This document shows positions 39,599 through 52,500 of a stretch of DNA of 64,000 nt, piece after piece (within the stretch, counting starts at the first letter, position 1; the number at the start of each line of letters is the position of its first letter). Position numbers and translations under genes: made by a program. The stretch lies in NCBI RefSeq assembly GCF_964355755.1, contig NC_092674.1, forward strand, positions 18,972,001-19,036,000. The letters are read 5' to 3'. Origin of the DNA: Antedon mediterranea. Lineage: Eukaryota > Animalia > Echinodermata. The notes below the pieces were generated by a model. It did no database searches. It saw only the letters and a program-made list of their open reading frames with translations, and had not been told where the DNA came from.

Positions 39599-41354
39599 TT
39601 ATTATTATTTTTTTTTTTTTTTTTTATTTCATTTCATCACATACATAATACAAAATTAATATATAAAGGCAACGTAACTATTAAAACGATATAATACTCT
39701 CTCAAAAATAAGAGAGTAATGAAATTAAAGAAAAAAAATAATGTATCGCAAAAATACACTTAATAATAATCATTTTGCTAATAATATGGTTGCCTTGTAT
39801 TTTTGGTAAATGTGAAATAAATGATTATAATTAAGTAATTGTTTTTTGATTTTGCAACTAAATATGTACCACTTGGTAATTAAAATTAAAATGTTTGCAT
39901 CACTGTGTGTTTTTCCAAAACCAAAACATATACTTTCTTTGGTGATAATTAAGTTATTGTTGATATTTCGATACATATATTGTTTTACATTTTCCCAAAT
40001 TTTCTTTACCAGATCACATTCAAAGAACATATGTAGCAGTGTTTCCTGCTTTTCCTTGCAGAAACTACACATTGGTGAATCGACCTTTGACATCTTAAAG
40101 AGCATTGTATTTGTATAAATTATACGATGAATAAATTTAAATTGAACATTTTTAGTCGCGTGGAAGCGACTCTATAGTTCACTATGTCCGTCGGTCGGTC
40201 TGTCTGTCTGTCTGTCGGTCTGTCTGTCGGTCTGTCTGTCTGTCTGTCGGTCCGGTATCACTATGCGTTTTATCGCTTTATGACCTTATCTTGATATCAG
40301 TTTAATCTAGCTAAGTCAATTTTTCACAGAATATTCCTTATGGCCAGGAATCGATGTGGTTATGTTTTCACGGTGCGTAATAAAAAATTACGCGGTCTAC
40401 GCACGATTTAACGAAATCACATTTGTAATCATATCTTAACCAACCATGAATCACAATTAAATAAAAGTTGGTACTCATAAATTTCAGGGCATAAATCATC
40501 ATATGGCAATACAATTACGTGCGTAGCGCATGTAACGCATGCGTACGCGCGCTTAAAATTTTCAAAATTTATTTTCGATGAAATAAGAGTACGTTTCAGG
40601 CAATTTTAAGCGTTTACAAAATTGCCATGAGTGCGCAGATTTTTGCGCGCGCACTGCGCGTTAAATGTTATTGCGCACTCTTTTTGCCCGATTTCTGTTT
40701 TCTTGACTTACTTTTCAACTCGAAATTACGTTATACGAGCACGTCAAAAGTGACAGGCTACGCACGTGTAAATTAAAAAAATATAAATGTTTTTAAACAT
40801 TTCAACATTTTTAAACATGTTCAGTAATTTCGGTCAGTATAGTTCACTATGTCGGTCGGTCCGTCTGTCTGTCGGTCTGTCGGTCTGTTTGTCTGTCGGT
40901 CCGGTATCACTATGCATTGTAGCACGCGACTTAATGGCTGTTGGCCTTGTTTAGCTTAGTGTCATTTGTACAGGCGTGTAAATTTGAGAAAAGGTTTTTC
41001 CAATTAAGTTTGTTGTCAAACTCCTTTTCCCATTTGGATTCAATTCCAATTGGCTCTTCAACATTTTTTAATATAATGTGTTTATAGATATAATGACAAT
41101 TTCTCGTTTTCACAGAAATGAATGTCTGTAATTTGGATTCAACTTCATTAGTTGTGTTTATACCTTGTTCAATTAATTTCTGTTTCCAGAGCTTTGGAAT
41201 TGAATTTACAATCTGGTGATATAATAAGAAGTCTGGTTTAAAATTATATTTTTGGTTAAATTCGTCTAGTTCTAATATTTTCCCTTATTTGTTCACGATA
41301 TCTTTTACATAGTTTACATTTTTAACCAACCAATTTTTTTTTTTTTTTTTTTTT
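39599..41354 (-). mobile_element. 5'-truncated L1/Tx1-type LINE with 13-bp TSD
   Basis: zf-RVT motif CSFCKEKQETLLHMFFEC, poly(A) tail (T-run ~39608-39625 on plus), direct repeat TTTCCAAATATTA at 39586-39598 and 41355-41367. Confidence 0.85.
40149..40952 (+). mobile_element. HINE/DINE-like element family 1, apparently complete (~800 bp)
   Basis: 5' TTTTTAGTCGCGTG-GAA-GCGACT (subTIR plus partial inverted repeat), (GTCT/GTCG)n microsatellite, 3' subTIR CACGCGACT, hairpin GGCTGTTGGCC, TTGTTT; no TSD; splits the Tx1 reading frame. Confidence 0.8.
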
Positions 41355-44019
41355 TTTCCAAATATTAACTTTTCCTCGGTCGGGTTTTTTTTTTTATTAT
41401 TAATTTTTTTTTAAATTTTCATTGTCTGTGTCTGTAATAGGTACGTCCTCCACAAGATGTGTTTTCATCTTTCTGGGCGTGTACCTTCTTCTTTCAAAAT
41501 TTTGTTCAAATATATATTGTTCATTGAAATCTATTTTGTATATGAAAGGAGAAAATAAATGTTGCTTTGAATTGAATTGAATTGAAAAAAAATGGTAACA
41601 CCCAAGAATTTACATTCATTAACACGAGATATAACATTGTTATCGATTATTACATAATTTTTGGTTTTAATATTATATCGGTAGGAGAAAATTATATAAT
41701 TTGACTTTGCAATATTGAGTGATAGTTTAAACCAATTACTAACCTTTTTTAGTTCAGTGTTCATTATTTTAAATAAAAGTCTTTTATCAGGGTAAGAAAA
41801 AACAATGTTTGTATCGTCAGCAAAGAGAACAAATTTTAATAACTTAGAAGAGTTTGGGAAATCGTTTACATAGATCAGGAACAAAGGGGGACCTAAAATC
41901 GATTCTTGAGGAACGCCACAAGTAATACTTAAAGAAGAAGAGTAAACTGATTTGAATGAAGTAAACTGAGTGCGATTGGAAAGATAGCTTTTTAAAAGTT
42001 CAAGTGGTAGGCCTCTTATTCCATAATTTAAGAATGTAAGAGAGTGTAGCCAGGAATGTTATAGAAAGAAAAAAACGGTTTTCATTGTATTGAAGAAAGT
42101 TTCAGTGAAGCATAAAGCTGAAAAATTATGGTTAAGCAAGCTTAAATAATCCGTTATTTCGTTGAAATGCTTGACTAGACTTCTGGAATTATGATGAAAA
42201 ACGTTGATTTGCCTTATCCATTTCTTCAAGGACCTCGATTTTTAGCAAGTTGCGTTCAATTGCCTGATTTAATTCTGTTTTTATTTCAGTTTGACCTTCT
42301 ATGATAGACTTGAGAGAAGCATAAACGTAGGCTTCAAATTTGGTGGTCGTTTTCTTGGGCGGCATGATTAGATTAGCATACACGTGTTTAAGAACAATGT
42401 GATATCAGGGAGCTCACAATACGTCTTATCGTGACCGTGTCATTTCTCCAACTGTTTACCCACCAACCGCCGACCAACCAACCGACCGACCGACATAGTG
42501 AGCTGTAGAGTCAAGTTGCACGCGACTAAAAATTGTCTATCGACTCTTGTTTAATCCATATATTAATGATTATACTGTATTAGAAATCAAATGTCAATTG
42601 GTAAATAGCCTACACAGGGTTTACACTTTAGATTTGCAAAATGCATTTGACCCAGTTGACCATGATATATTCATCGAAAAACTAAAGGCATATGGAATTC
42701 GCTGGAAAGAGCTGAAGATTCGCTGGAAAGGTTGAAGTGCACCGGTTCAACGTGGATGAAAAATTATTTATACTTTTTCTACTCACGTGGATCTATCGTT
42801 AAAAAAGCGAACAGAACCGGCTGCTCGGAGACATTGCAAATACCTTTCTCCTCCAGGTAAATTTGTCCTTTATACCTCATTAATTACTCCGTCCTTGGAC
42901 TTCTGTTCTGTTATCCACAACTTGATATCCCAAATTCATGCCACAAGATTCGATCGGATTCATACTAAATTCATAAAGTTCCTCGGCCCAGCAGCCGGTT
43001 CAACACCAGTAAATTCTTGCCAAGTAGGCCTACTAGACGCACACGAAACCGACATGATTTTCTTTTTAAATGCCAAAGTTCAAAGTTTGATTGTAAATTT
43101 GTCTCTCAATTTCATTTTCGTGTCCCTGTGCGTAAACTTCGTATTAATAATCTTTTAAAAGTGCAGTTTTCTCGTGTTAATGTTTGTAAAAACGGTATTT
43201 TTTGTCGGGTTGCTCATTCATAATAATACAGTAGTTTAGTTCAAATGTTTCCTTACATCGATATTTTTAGTTGTAATACTTCTGCTTTTAATGTCATTTT
43301 TAATAATATATAAATCTGTTTGTTCCTTGTTCTTTTTTATGTAAATCAAATTTACATTTACGATCCTGTTTTTGTGTTTTTCTTTACACTGTTTGATCTT
43401 GAATAAATAAATAAAAATAAATAAATTGGACCAATAGATTATTGAAATAGGCAACAATTAGTATATAAATAAGGTAGAAGCTAAGCCATTTGGAATTTTT
43501 CATGGTGTGTCTCAAGGAAGTATAGCCTATTGGGGCCTCTATTATTTATATGATATGTTAACCATACGAATATAAGTATAAATTGTAATTTGATTTTATA
43601 CGCCGACGTCAGCGTTCTTTTAATATCTGGAAAAAATCCATGTCTAATAGCCGAGTTCAAAATTTTCATGCCTGTAATAAATGGCTCATAGACAAGTTAT
43701 CCTCCCATATGGGAAAAAGTGAAGCCATGTTATTTGGAAACAAACATAAATGAAAATGGTCGGGGAGGTTAAAGTATACTGTAATGAAATCCCTATAAAG
43801 ACAGTGTATTGTTGAGGGAGTTTCTTAAGTAGGTCACGAGGAAGTGAAATACCTTTTATTTGACATGTCTACAAAATACGGGATCGATGATGGGAGGTTG
43901 TGGCTTGTCAAGAGTTGGAAGGTTGTGGCTTGTCAAGAGTTGAGAGGACCAGCTATGAGAAATATTGGTTAGAAGAGTAGCACAAGATTTACTTTTTACA
44001 AAACCATGCTGGCCTGGGT

Positions 44020-44200
44020 ACAATCTATATATAAATTATGGTTAATTCTGACATAGGCGAGCACAATGCAAAAACTTCTCTACAAATCTCCGCCTTGGAT
44101 ACCTACCTTATCTATCCGAGATGTACCGCGAAACGTAGATTTGATAACATTAGTGTGCACGCCGACGCTATTGTTCCATATTTATATCTTAGGAAGATAT
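44020..44200. repeat. Interspersed repeat, inverted copy of ~1715-1875
   Basis: ATATATAAATTATGGTTAATTCTGACATAGGCGAGCACAATGCAAAA...GTACCGCGAAACGTAGATTTGATAACATTA is the reverse complement of the 1715-1875 region. Confidence 0.8.
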
Positions 44201-45139
44201 TATAAAGAGTTTTTTAACAACATTTATGATTTCAACATTGGATTTTCCTCTCAATTTCAATTCTTCCCGGTCAAAGTAATTTCCGGGTTTAAGATAAGTT
44301 CACCTTACAACGACCTGGTTTCAAATATTTTCTCTCATTTAAACACAAGGGAGCAGTTAAAATAATAGATTTGACCCTAAAGGTGACTGGAAACAGGCAC
44401 TTTCCATCAATCAATACAGTGTCCCTTTGGAAGAAGAAAAAAAATCAGATAGTAGGAGTGCAGCTTAAGTTGGCCATTAGTCATAGCCATTTCAGTTTTT
44501 TGTTTATTTTAAAACATACCACGCGTGTGTGAAGGTACAGTAGTTAAATTATACTGCAAATTAATAAAGATCAAATTTAATATACGTCATAAAGAATCAG
44601 AATATATTGTGGGGAATAGTATTAAAAAATTACATAGGGAGATTTGATGATAAGACATTTTACGAGTGAAATCCCGATAGCTGAGTTTTATTGAGGAAGA
44701 TTGCAGGAATAACTGTAGGCTATCTTCCTGTGTCCCGTTAGGACCGAGATGTCTGCCCATGTTGCAAGCCGTAATGTCTTCTTTCTTGGGGCCCACTCTG
44801 TTACGGCAGTTTCAAAAGATGATTAAATTAAATAATGTATTAATAATTATTAGGATGGTATTCATTTGAATAAACGCCTCTCCAATAAAACATCACTTTG
44901 AATAATAACCCCCCCCCCCCCACTCACATTTGTTATTCTTTTTTACCACTTTTCATATCTACTGTATTAGAGGATTTCATTTGATTATAAATGTTACCAT
45001 ATTATTAAAACTAAAAAATTTAACATATATCCCTCGAATAAGCACCTCCCTCAATTGACCTCCGCCTCCCCAAAGGGCCCTCCAAACAATAAAAACTATA
45101 CTTTAAAATGTTATTAATCATCTAAAACACTGTGAAACA

Positions 45140-45700
45140 AAGTAGTTTAGTTTTACGAATGTCAAGCATTTTCAATAATGGTAACCGACAGAAAACGTAT
45201 AAGGAGAACATTATCATTCCGAGAACCATCGTCTACACTTCCTAGAGGGGGAGCGAGCGAAGCGAGCTCACCCTCTAGTAGTAAAAACTTCGATAAATAT
45301 GAGGAGATGGTTTTTTTACAATTTTCTCCAGACACTTGCAGATGATTGAAGTATGAGCTATAGTTAAACAAAGTGGAGGCACCGCCAGATTTAAAAAGTG
45401 GAACAGCATGTTTCAGCAAGAGTTTCCATGATTGCGAGAAAACAATACAGAGGGTAAAGAAATAGCTTTAAAAGTCAAGGCGAAAAGTGATCAGGAACAG
45501 GTAAAGCAAACGAGTAGAATGTAGACAGAGCATCAGCAACACATTTAAGAGTAAAGTCAATGTTATCCAATGCAGGAAAGGATGGAGATTGGATGTTGCA
45601 AGCAGGTGGTGTGGATGGAAGGAGATTAGGAAGATTAAAAACAGAGCAAAAGTATGAATTAAAAGCATTAGCAATTTCATATGGAATTTCTAAGATCTGA
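45140..45700 (-). mobile_element. Decayed LINE ORF2 fragment
   Basis: EIANAFNSYFCSVF and AVPLFKSG..NY remnants in broken frames. Confidence 0.55.
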
Positions 45701-46538
45701 TTGTTAAAGATATATTTTGCCCCTAAATTTATTGTTAAATATGCCATTTTAAATTTAACATAATAGTTATTCACTTTGACCAAAAACTGGATACAAAAAT
45801 TATTTTCCTGAAAAAATGTAATTCAAAGCAAAAAATACCTAAATTGTCCGTCAAACAATGGGTTTTGGTTAAAATTAACCGTGTCTTTTTATAATTGAAA
45901 TAACGATTTTTTAAAAATAACTTGTTGAATAACTTTACTAAAGCTGCAAAATGGCCTATTCAAAGTGTTATTTTACTTTTCTTTATTTTTCATGTTTTTA
46001 ACATTAAATGTTTGTGAGGCAACACAAGTCGATTTTTTTTTAATTTAACAAATGCCCCAAAACGTTGTCGTTTACTGTGTATTGTTATTTTCTCTTAATT
46101 TGAATTAGGAACTAGTAACCAACTTCAGACATATTCTGATGGACAAGGATCGTTGAACCAATTTTATAACTAAACTAAACACGTTTGTTTGATACAAATA
46201 TAGGACATTATCCTTATCATTATTCCTTTTAACATTGTTTATAGGCTCCTCCTTTATTTCAAAATCCTGGACCCGTCACTGAAATTATTGTTATACAGCA
46301 TCTAATCTTGGATTTTTGAGATAAGAATTGCACATATGAGGCTAATTTTAAAAATATTTTTTATTTTCTACCTGTACAAGAACAAACTCGGCAAACATTA
46401 AAATACAAGTAGTAAACCAATCATTTTTATTATTTAAAGATTATTATGACTAATTAAAATAACTATCTATTTACACAACCACGAATCAGCTAACAGAAAT
46501 ATGTTACAAATCAGCTATAAGACAAAATTATTTGCTTT

Positions 46539-49500
46539 CTAAGAGCTCAAAATTCTAAAGAAGTATTCCGTTTCTAACATTCCATCTTCTGATAAGTCTG
46601 TGCAGTGAACTGCATTCAAAACTTTATTCTTGCCAAATCTGGCACGGAGAGTTTTAGGACGCAAATGTCGAGCAATTTCCGGATCGGAGGGACCAACAAA
46701 TTCTCGAAATGTGGCAGGAATTGTGTTGGGATCCATACTAGTAGACCCTGTGATTTCAACAACAATTGATGGGCCTGAACACAGCTCTGAAACCATATCC
46801 TAAAAAAAAAACCTTTAGTTATTGAAATCTACAATACATTTTAAAAGAAGTTATATTGCCAGAGATATTGCCTGCTTAGAGCTGAAATACAACATTTGAT
46901 GTTCCGAGTTAATTATAGTGCTGAGGGAAAATACAATCATGAGAGAAAAATATAATTCCAAGAGGATAAACCAAGATATCGATTCTTAGGTCTTAGTTTT
47001 CTAGATCTTAGTTTTCTAGACACCCCGAAAGAATACATTCAAATATTCATTCGAATAGACGTCCATCTGTAATAAATGCCCCCCCCCCCCCCATAGGACA
47101 TTGTTTGGAATAAATGCCCCGACACCAAATGCATATATACACATATTTATATTTGTAGTAGAATTCATTGACATTTATGTACAAGCATTTGTATACAATT
47201 TTTACTAAATTTCTTAATATCAATTGTGTTTATTTGATTATACATAAATGTCTCCCTCGATTAAACGCCTCTCGAACAATTATCGTCCGGGGTGTATATA
47301 GAGGCATAGAAATAAATTATGACGTAGAGATATTTTTACAACCAATTTCTGTGTGGCTTTATGAATGAATTAAATATTCTCACCATTCATTGTATACAAA
47401 CATTTGAAACAAACTACTTTATATCTACTTTTATTCAATTCATCTATCGTAAATCATTGACACTAGCCAATGAAATATTCTCACCATTCAACTCATAACA
47501 TTCATTATTTGTATAATATTACATGTGTATTGTTCTTCCAAAAAAGACCAATTGTAACACAAAAGAATGTAACAAGGAGGAAAATCACAAGTGATGTTGC
47601 AGTATGGTTGTATAATTAATATTAACAGAAAAGTAGATTCAGTTTACTATCTAATTTAAAAAAAAATTCAATTTAAATCTAATCTAGATTTTCACTATAT
47701 ATATATATAATAGAAATAATAAATAATTACCATATACTCTGTAACCACTCCTTTGTAAACCTCCAGGAACTCTTCAGCATTTGCTCTTTCCAAATGGAAC
47801 ATTTCTAATGCTGACATCTTAAAGCCTGCATCACATATTGCAGACATAATCTCGCCAGCCTGACCTGTTTAATTTAAAATCAAAAACCAAAAATTGCTTC
47901 TGGGCAACAAATAAAGCCTATGGTATTAACATTTTGATAAGCAATTCAGTTAATGATGCCTTGTTATCTGGAGCTCACATTCTCCTCATTCAACTCATAA
48001 ACATTCATTGGAGTATTATTTCATTGTAGTAGAGCAATGTAGTAAGTGCTACTTACCATTTTTTACAGCAGTGGGCTTTATGATGCAACATGTACAGTTT
48101 TTCAACTGTGCTGTATTCTTATGTGGTTTGCTAAAAAAGAAGTCAGTTTCTCTTTCACCAGAAGCTGGTGAATCAGACCCATGACATGCATTTTGAGTAT
48201 TATCTGAAAGAAATGTAATACATAATACTTATCTAGCTTGGCTATGTAACAGAAGTTATGACATGGTATCGTACTATTGTAGTAGAAGGTCGCAAAAGTA
48301 GTGCAAAAAAGAGATCAAATTTGATATGGCCCTTCATGCTGAAACACCTTCAATACCAGACATTTAAAACTACTCACTAATTTACCATTGCTCTTTGTCA
48401 CACTAAAACAAAAGCACTATCAAAGGGGTGGGGTTACTTTTCATGCTCTACAAACTGCCCTGCTAACCTTCATGTTTCAGCTAGTTCTCCGGACCATTAG
48501 AGACAGTTTTACCATGGGACATCATTTACAAGTTTCATCCATAATGGAAAGAAGGATTTTTGTCTGGAAGATGCAGAGTGTGTGGATGCCCATCACTGCA
48601 ACCCAATCAAAGGGACTTCTAACATTACAGTATGTTCAACTTATCTTTCTTTTAACAATGCCATACACCTTTTGGTTTGTAATTTAGTCTCAACATAAAC
48701 AAAAAAAATGTTGACTGAAATAGAAACACACACATAAATGTCTACTACTACCTACCAGTGCCAAACATTGCCCTAATGCTCCCAGGAGCCTCGCTCCTTG
48801 CAACACTGCTGTCTGTTGGTCCTAGAATTTGTCGCCAAGCCTGAATTGCATCTTCTCCCATCAACTCCATAGCAACAACAGGACCACTTGTCATGAAACG
48901 TACCAGTTTACTAGTTTAGTCAAGAAATGGAAAAAGATGCTTTGAAGTAAAAACGTTTAACCCTTATATTATATTATTATAGTACCCTAATATACTACTA
49001 ATTGACAATGCAATAGCAGGCACCGTTTATGGGGGAAACAGCCAGACACAGACAGAGCAATTAAAAGTGATTTAAAGGCATCCAACCATTTCATTGGAAA
49101 TCAAAAAGCGGAATAGTTAGGACTACCGGTTCTGGTTACAGAACAGAAACTTGGACCAACAGACATATTTTAATACCTTAAAAGGTATTATTGTACTTAC
49201 TCATAAAATGGCTTTGCTTTGTGTTCAGCATAGAAGGCTTGTGCATTTGATGTAGATAACGATATCATCTTAGCCTGATTTATAAGAAGCTTAGATTGAT
49301 AGATTATATCGATAATTGGTCCTGCAATGCAAAATAGTCTGAGTAAGTTAAACAAAGATTTATTAAAAGCCTACAAGTTTAAGGCAAAATTACTACAAGA
49401 ACAGAGCTTTTCAATATTTGATGACACAAAATTTGAACTGTTGATTGAAAAAAGATTTGATTTGCATACATAATAAGTGTATTTTTAGTTATTTTAAAAG

Positions 49501-52500
49501 TGAAAGGCGTTGATATATATCATATTGTAGGCTAATTTAATGCTTGAAATTGTAATTTGTTGTATTGTTGTAATCAAGCTTAAATATAATGATTGATTTA
49601 ACACTCAATTGAATGGTTACAACAGTAAACAGTAGGTAAAGCCCAACTAGTAGCAAATTGACATTTGAACATATCTCAGTTTATACAAATTTAATTTATT
49701 ATGTATGGCTACTCACCAACTTTTCCAATAGCATCAGGTTTTATCATTGCTAATGTCCTGTAATGTAATAATTGTACACTAAAATATTGGTAAATGTTAT
49801 AAAAGCATGCTTTTTGGTTATACGCACTTGGCGGATAACCCCTTGTTATTGTCAGGATTTTTTTTTTGATTTTTTTTGTTGATTTTTTTTCTACATTCTT
49901 CTTTCTTTCCACAAATTTTGTTGCAAGCATATCTCTAATTCTGGCTAACAAATGATTGTATAACCTTGTCATAATATTGACCTGTAGCTGTAGATGTACA
50001 AGAAACTTTTTTTATGAATTTCGCGTCGCACAGCTTAAGTTACGCGCGATTTTGTGAATTTTAATGATTGATCATAGATTAAAAACCAAGTCATTTTGAA
50101 TTGACACTTGGTGAAAATTTAAGTCATATCAATGGCAAACTTTCTATGGATTAAAAATGGCATGTTTCACAGAAAGTTACGCGCGCACACGCGTTTAAAA
50201 TTTCAAAATGCGAAAAATCAACTTTTAATCAACTTTCTACGCGTTTCATGTCATTTTGAGCATTTCAAAAATTCCCACGCACGCGCAATTATTTTACGCG
50301 CGTGTGCACATGTAGCGCAAAAATATATTTCTTTCGCGTGATTTATGTTTTTCCAGCCTTTTCTAGTAATTTTACCAACTTTTAAACAATTTCGACTTAA
50401 AATTACGTCATACGAGCACGTGGAATTGCATAATTTGCATGCGTTTTTGATGAAAAAGTTCAAAAATTCGTCAAAATTATGCCTTTTTTTAAACAGTCAT
50501 AAATTCTAAACTACATGGTGAAGTTTATTTTTTATTACATATTATGGAAGTTGAAGAGTTGTAGATATAGAATCATGCATCGATATGGCTAACTGGACAT
50601 AGTGACGTCATCGTATGGCTACTTGAATATATCATCTCCACTTATCCGTATTCCATTTCCCCCATTTTTTTATATTGTCTAGGCCGATCAATTATCTTTC
50701 TCATGATATACCGTTTTTAAAATTGTGATGACGTCATCATGTCCAAAAGCGTCAATAACTTGGGCCACTTATTTTCACCTATTCTTCACTGTATGTAGTA
50801 CGTATACAATATATAGTGTAAACTGTATATACTTAGACGTGACACAAAATAGAGAGCACACTAACATTTTTTCAATGGCATAATCGTTTTTCTCTGCGCA
50901 ATATTCTAACGTATGACGTGCACATGGCGTTTGCTCTGCGGATAACCTAACTCGTCCGTAGTGACGAGTTCAAATCTAGTTATATTTAGTTCAAAACCTG
51001 AGCTACACTGCCAAGATCTAATAAGATCAAAACATAACTGTATGTAACTGTATAGAAATGAATAAAATTCACCTTTGTTTGCGTTGACTTAACTGCTTGC
51101 GCGTGAATTCGTCAGCGTAGTCAACAATCGTTAGCTGTCTGGAATGTATATTTATCATACTTCCAATGTACAAGTCTTCATAACGTAAAGAGTCACACTT
51201 AGAACGCTTGAGAAACAACCTCCGGTTTTTAATGTCATACTAAAAAAAAAAATGGATTTATGAGTGGTACAATAGAATGGATAATAGATAATACAACCAT
51301 ACAGTATACAGTTCATATACAAGCAACCAAATTATTCACACACTGAAATAGCAAATTACACTCGCTACAAAATAACAAAAACAGTGTTGGAAAGTTACAG
51401 TAACTGAATTATAATAATAAAGAAAGTTTATGTGTGTAGGGTGGGTAAGTAATTTTGGAGCTGCACAAGATCAAGGGGCATACATGTAGACTGGTTTGGG
51501 TATGAGGATACATTTTTAGTTTACGATTATAACATCATGAGCATTCTTTTACTGGACAATATTTGTCTGCAGCAGGGAGGAAATCAAGATTGTTTCTTAT
51601 ATATGTTTCTAACACTAGTACAGCATGTTCTACCTTTCTACATGGTCTATAATAATATATTGGTGTTTCCTAGCATTTTTTAACCGTTCATTTTTGTGTG
51701 CATAGTAATGTTTGAAAGGCAATGGTCTTAATAAGAGCCACATACTTACTGTATTTTTAAATTAAGGAAAAGTAGTATAACAGTAGACAATTTTAGTTTT
51801 CCCAAACTTACCATTTCAACAGTGTTATCTGCGTCATAGAAAAGAAGTTGGTATTTACGTACAAGAGAAGCATTTGAGTCATACCATTCAGCAGTGAACG
51901 AGTATCGATGATGCTCTTGATTGGCCTGAAACAAATTGTATTTTTATTTACTTACCGTATGACAGAGTATAACAAATCTGGGATGATTCAGCCCACTTTT
52001 GGGCAAAAACATCCCACTTTGTAGGCCAAAAGTTTAGACCAAACCAGATGGTTTTTAATATACATTTTTTTGTGTTATTTATCAAGTTTTATTTTATTGT
52101 TATTACCAATGTTGATTGAAAACTTTCATTATTCATACATTTGCCGGGTCAGTCTAATTACCGAAAAAACAACCGAAACCAACCAAAAACAAAAAATTGA
52201 AAACAAAATAAACAAATTTAAATACCGAAAACAAATTTGTATAATTTTTTTTTAATGTCGCCCTTTACTTACAAAATCTATAAACACATTTCGTTTTTGT
52301 CTTTCGATTTTCAAAAACAACAAAGCATGATTTTACCTATAACATTGCTTACGCATTTTCGTCACTTAAGTTAATTACTTAAGTGATTGTAAAAAAAAAC
52401 GTTATTTTATAACTAGACTGCAGTAATTTTACGGAATAGATAGTGAATCGTTATTGTGAGCTTGTTTTAAGTATACTAATTACAGTAAGTCCCTAATATT

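Larger units (their letters stand above)
37110..41585 (+). mobile_element. L2/Crack-group LINE (APE + RT), frameshifted, (TTGAA)n tail
   Basis: YILGDLNID, LLDNIFTN, SDISDHLPVF (APE); NYRPISVL, FIDLSKAFDTIDH, GVPQGSLLGPLLF, YADD, FLGVHLD (RT). The 3' UTR resumes at 41368 after an insertion and ends in TTGAA repeats at ~41567-41585. Confidence 0.9.
36080..42430 (-). mobile_element. Internally deleted L2/Crack-group LINE, split by a younger LINE
   Basis: ORF1-like start MPPKK (42189-42383), APE start RSLVKHFNEI..FTET, RT GVPQESILGPPLFLIYVND..FADDT..KFLGVTI (41590-42030); the 3' end with NKLSDNLK..SLNSFK lies at 36250-36560. Confidence 0.65.
35444..42530 (-). mobile_element. HINE family 1 element (outer copy), interrupted by ~6.3 kb of nested retroelements
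   Basis: 3' end (CACGCGACT..GGCCTTGTTT on minus) at 35444-35476, body to ~36075, 5' end (TTTTAGTCGCGTG..ACTCTA, GTCG microsatellite) at ~42450-42530; inserted in an A-run. Confidence 0.75.
34820..43800 (+). mobile_element. Old CR1/L2-group LINE (outermost layer), split by nested insertions
   Basis: PLFKNK..TNFRPISILS..QIEKYLKDNN..EFQSEFKK ends at ~35443 and resumes at ~42533 with SIDSCLIH..LDLQNAFDPVDHDIFIEKLKAYGI; KWLID.KLS.HMGKSEAMLFG follows at ~43680. Confidence 0.7.
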
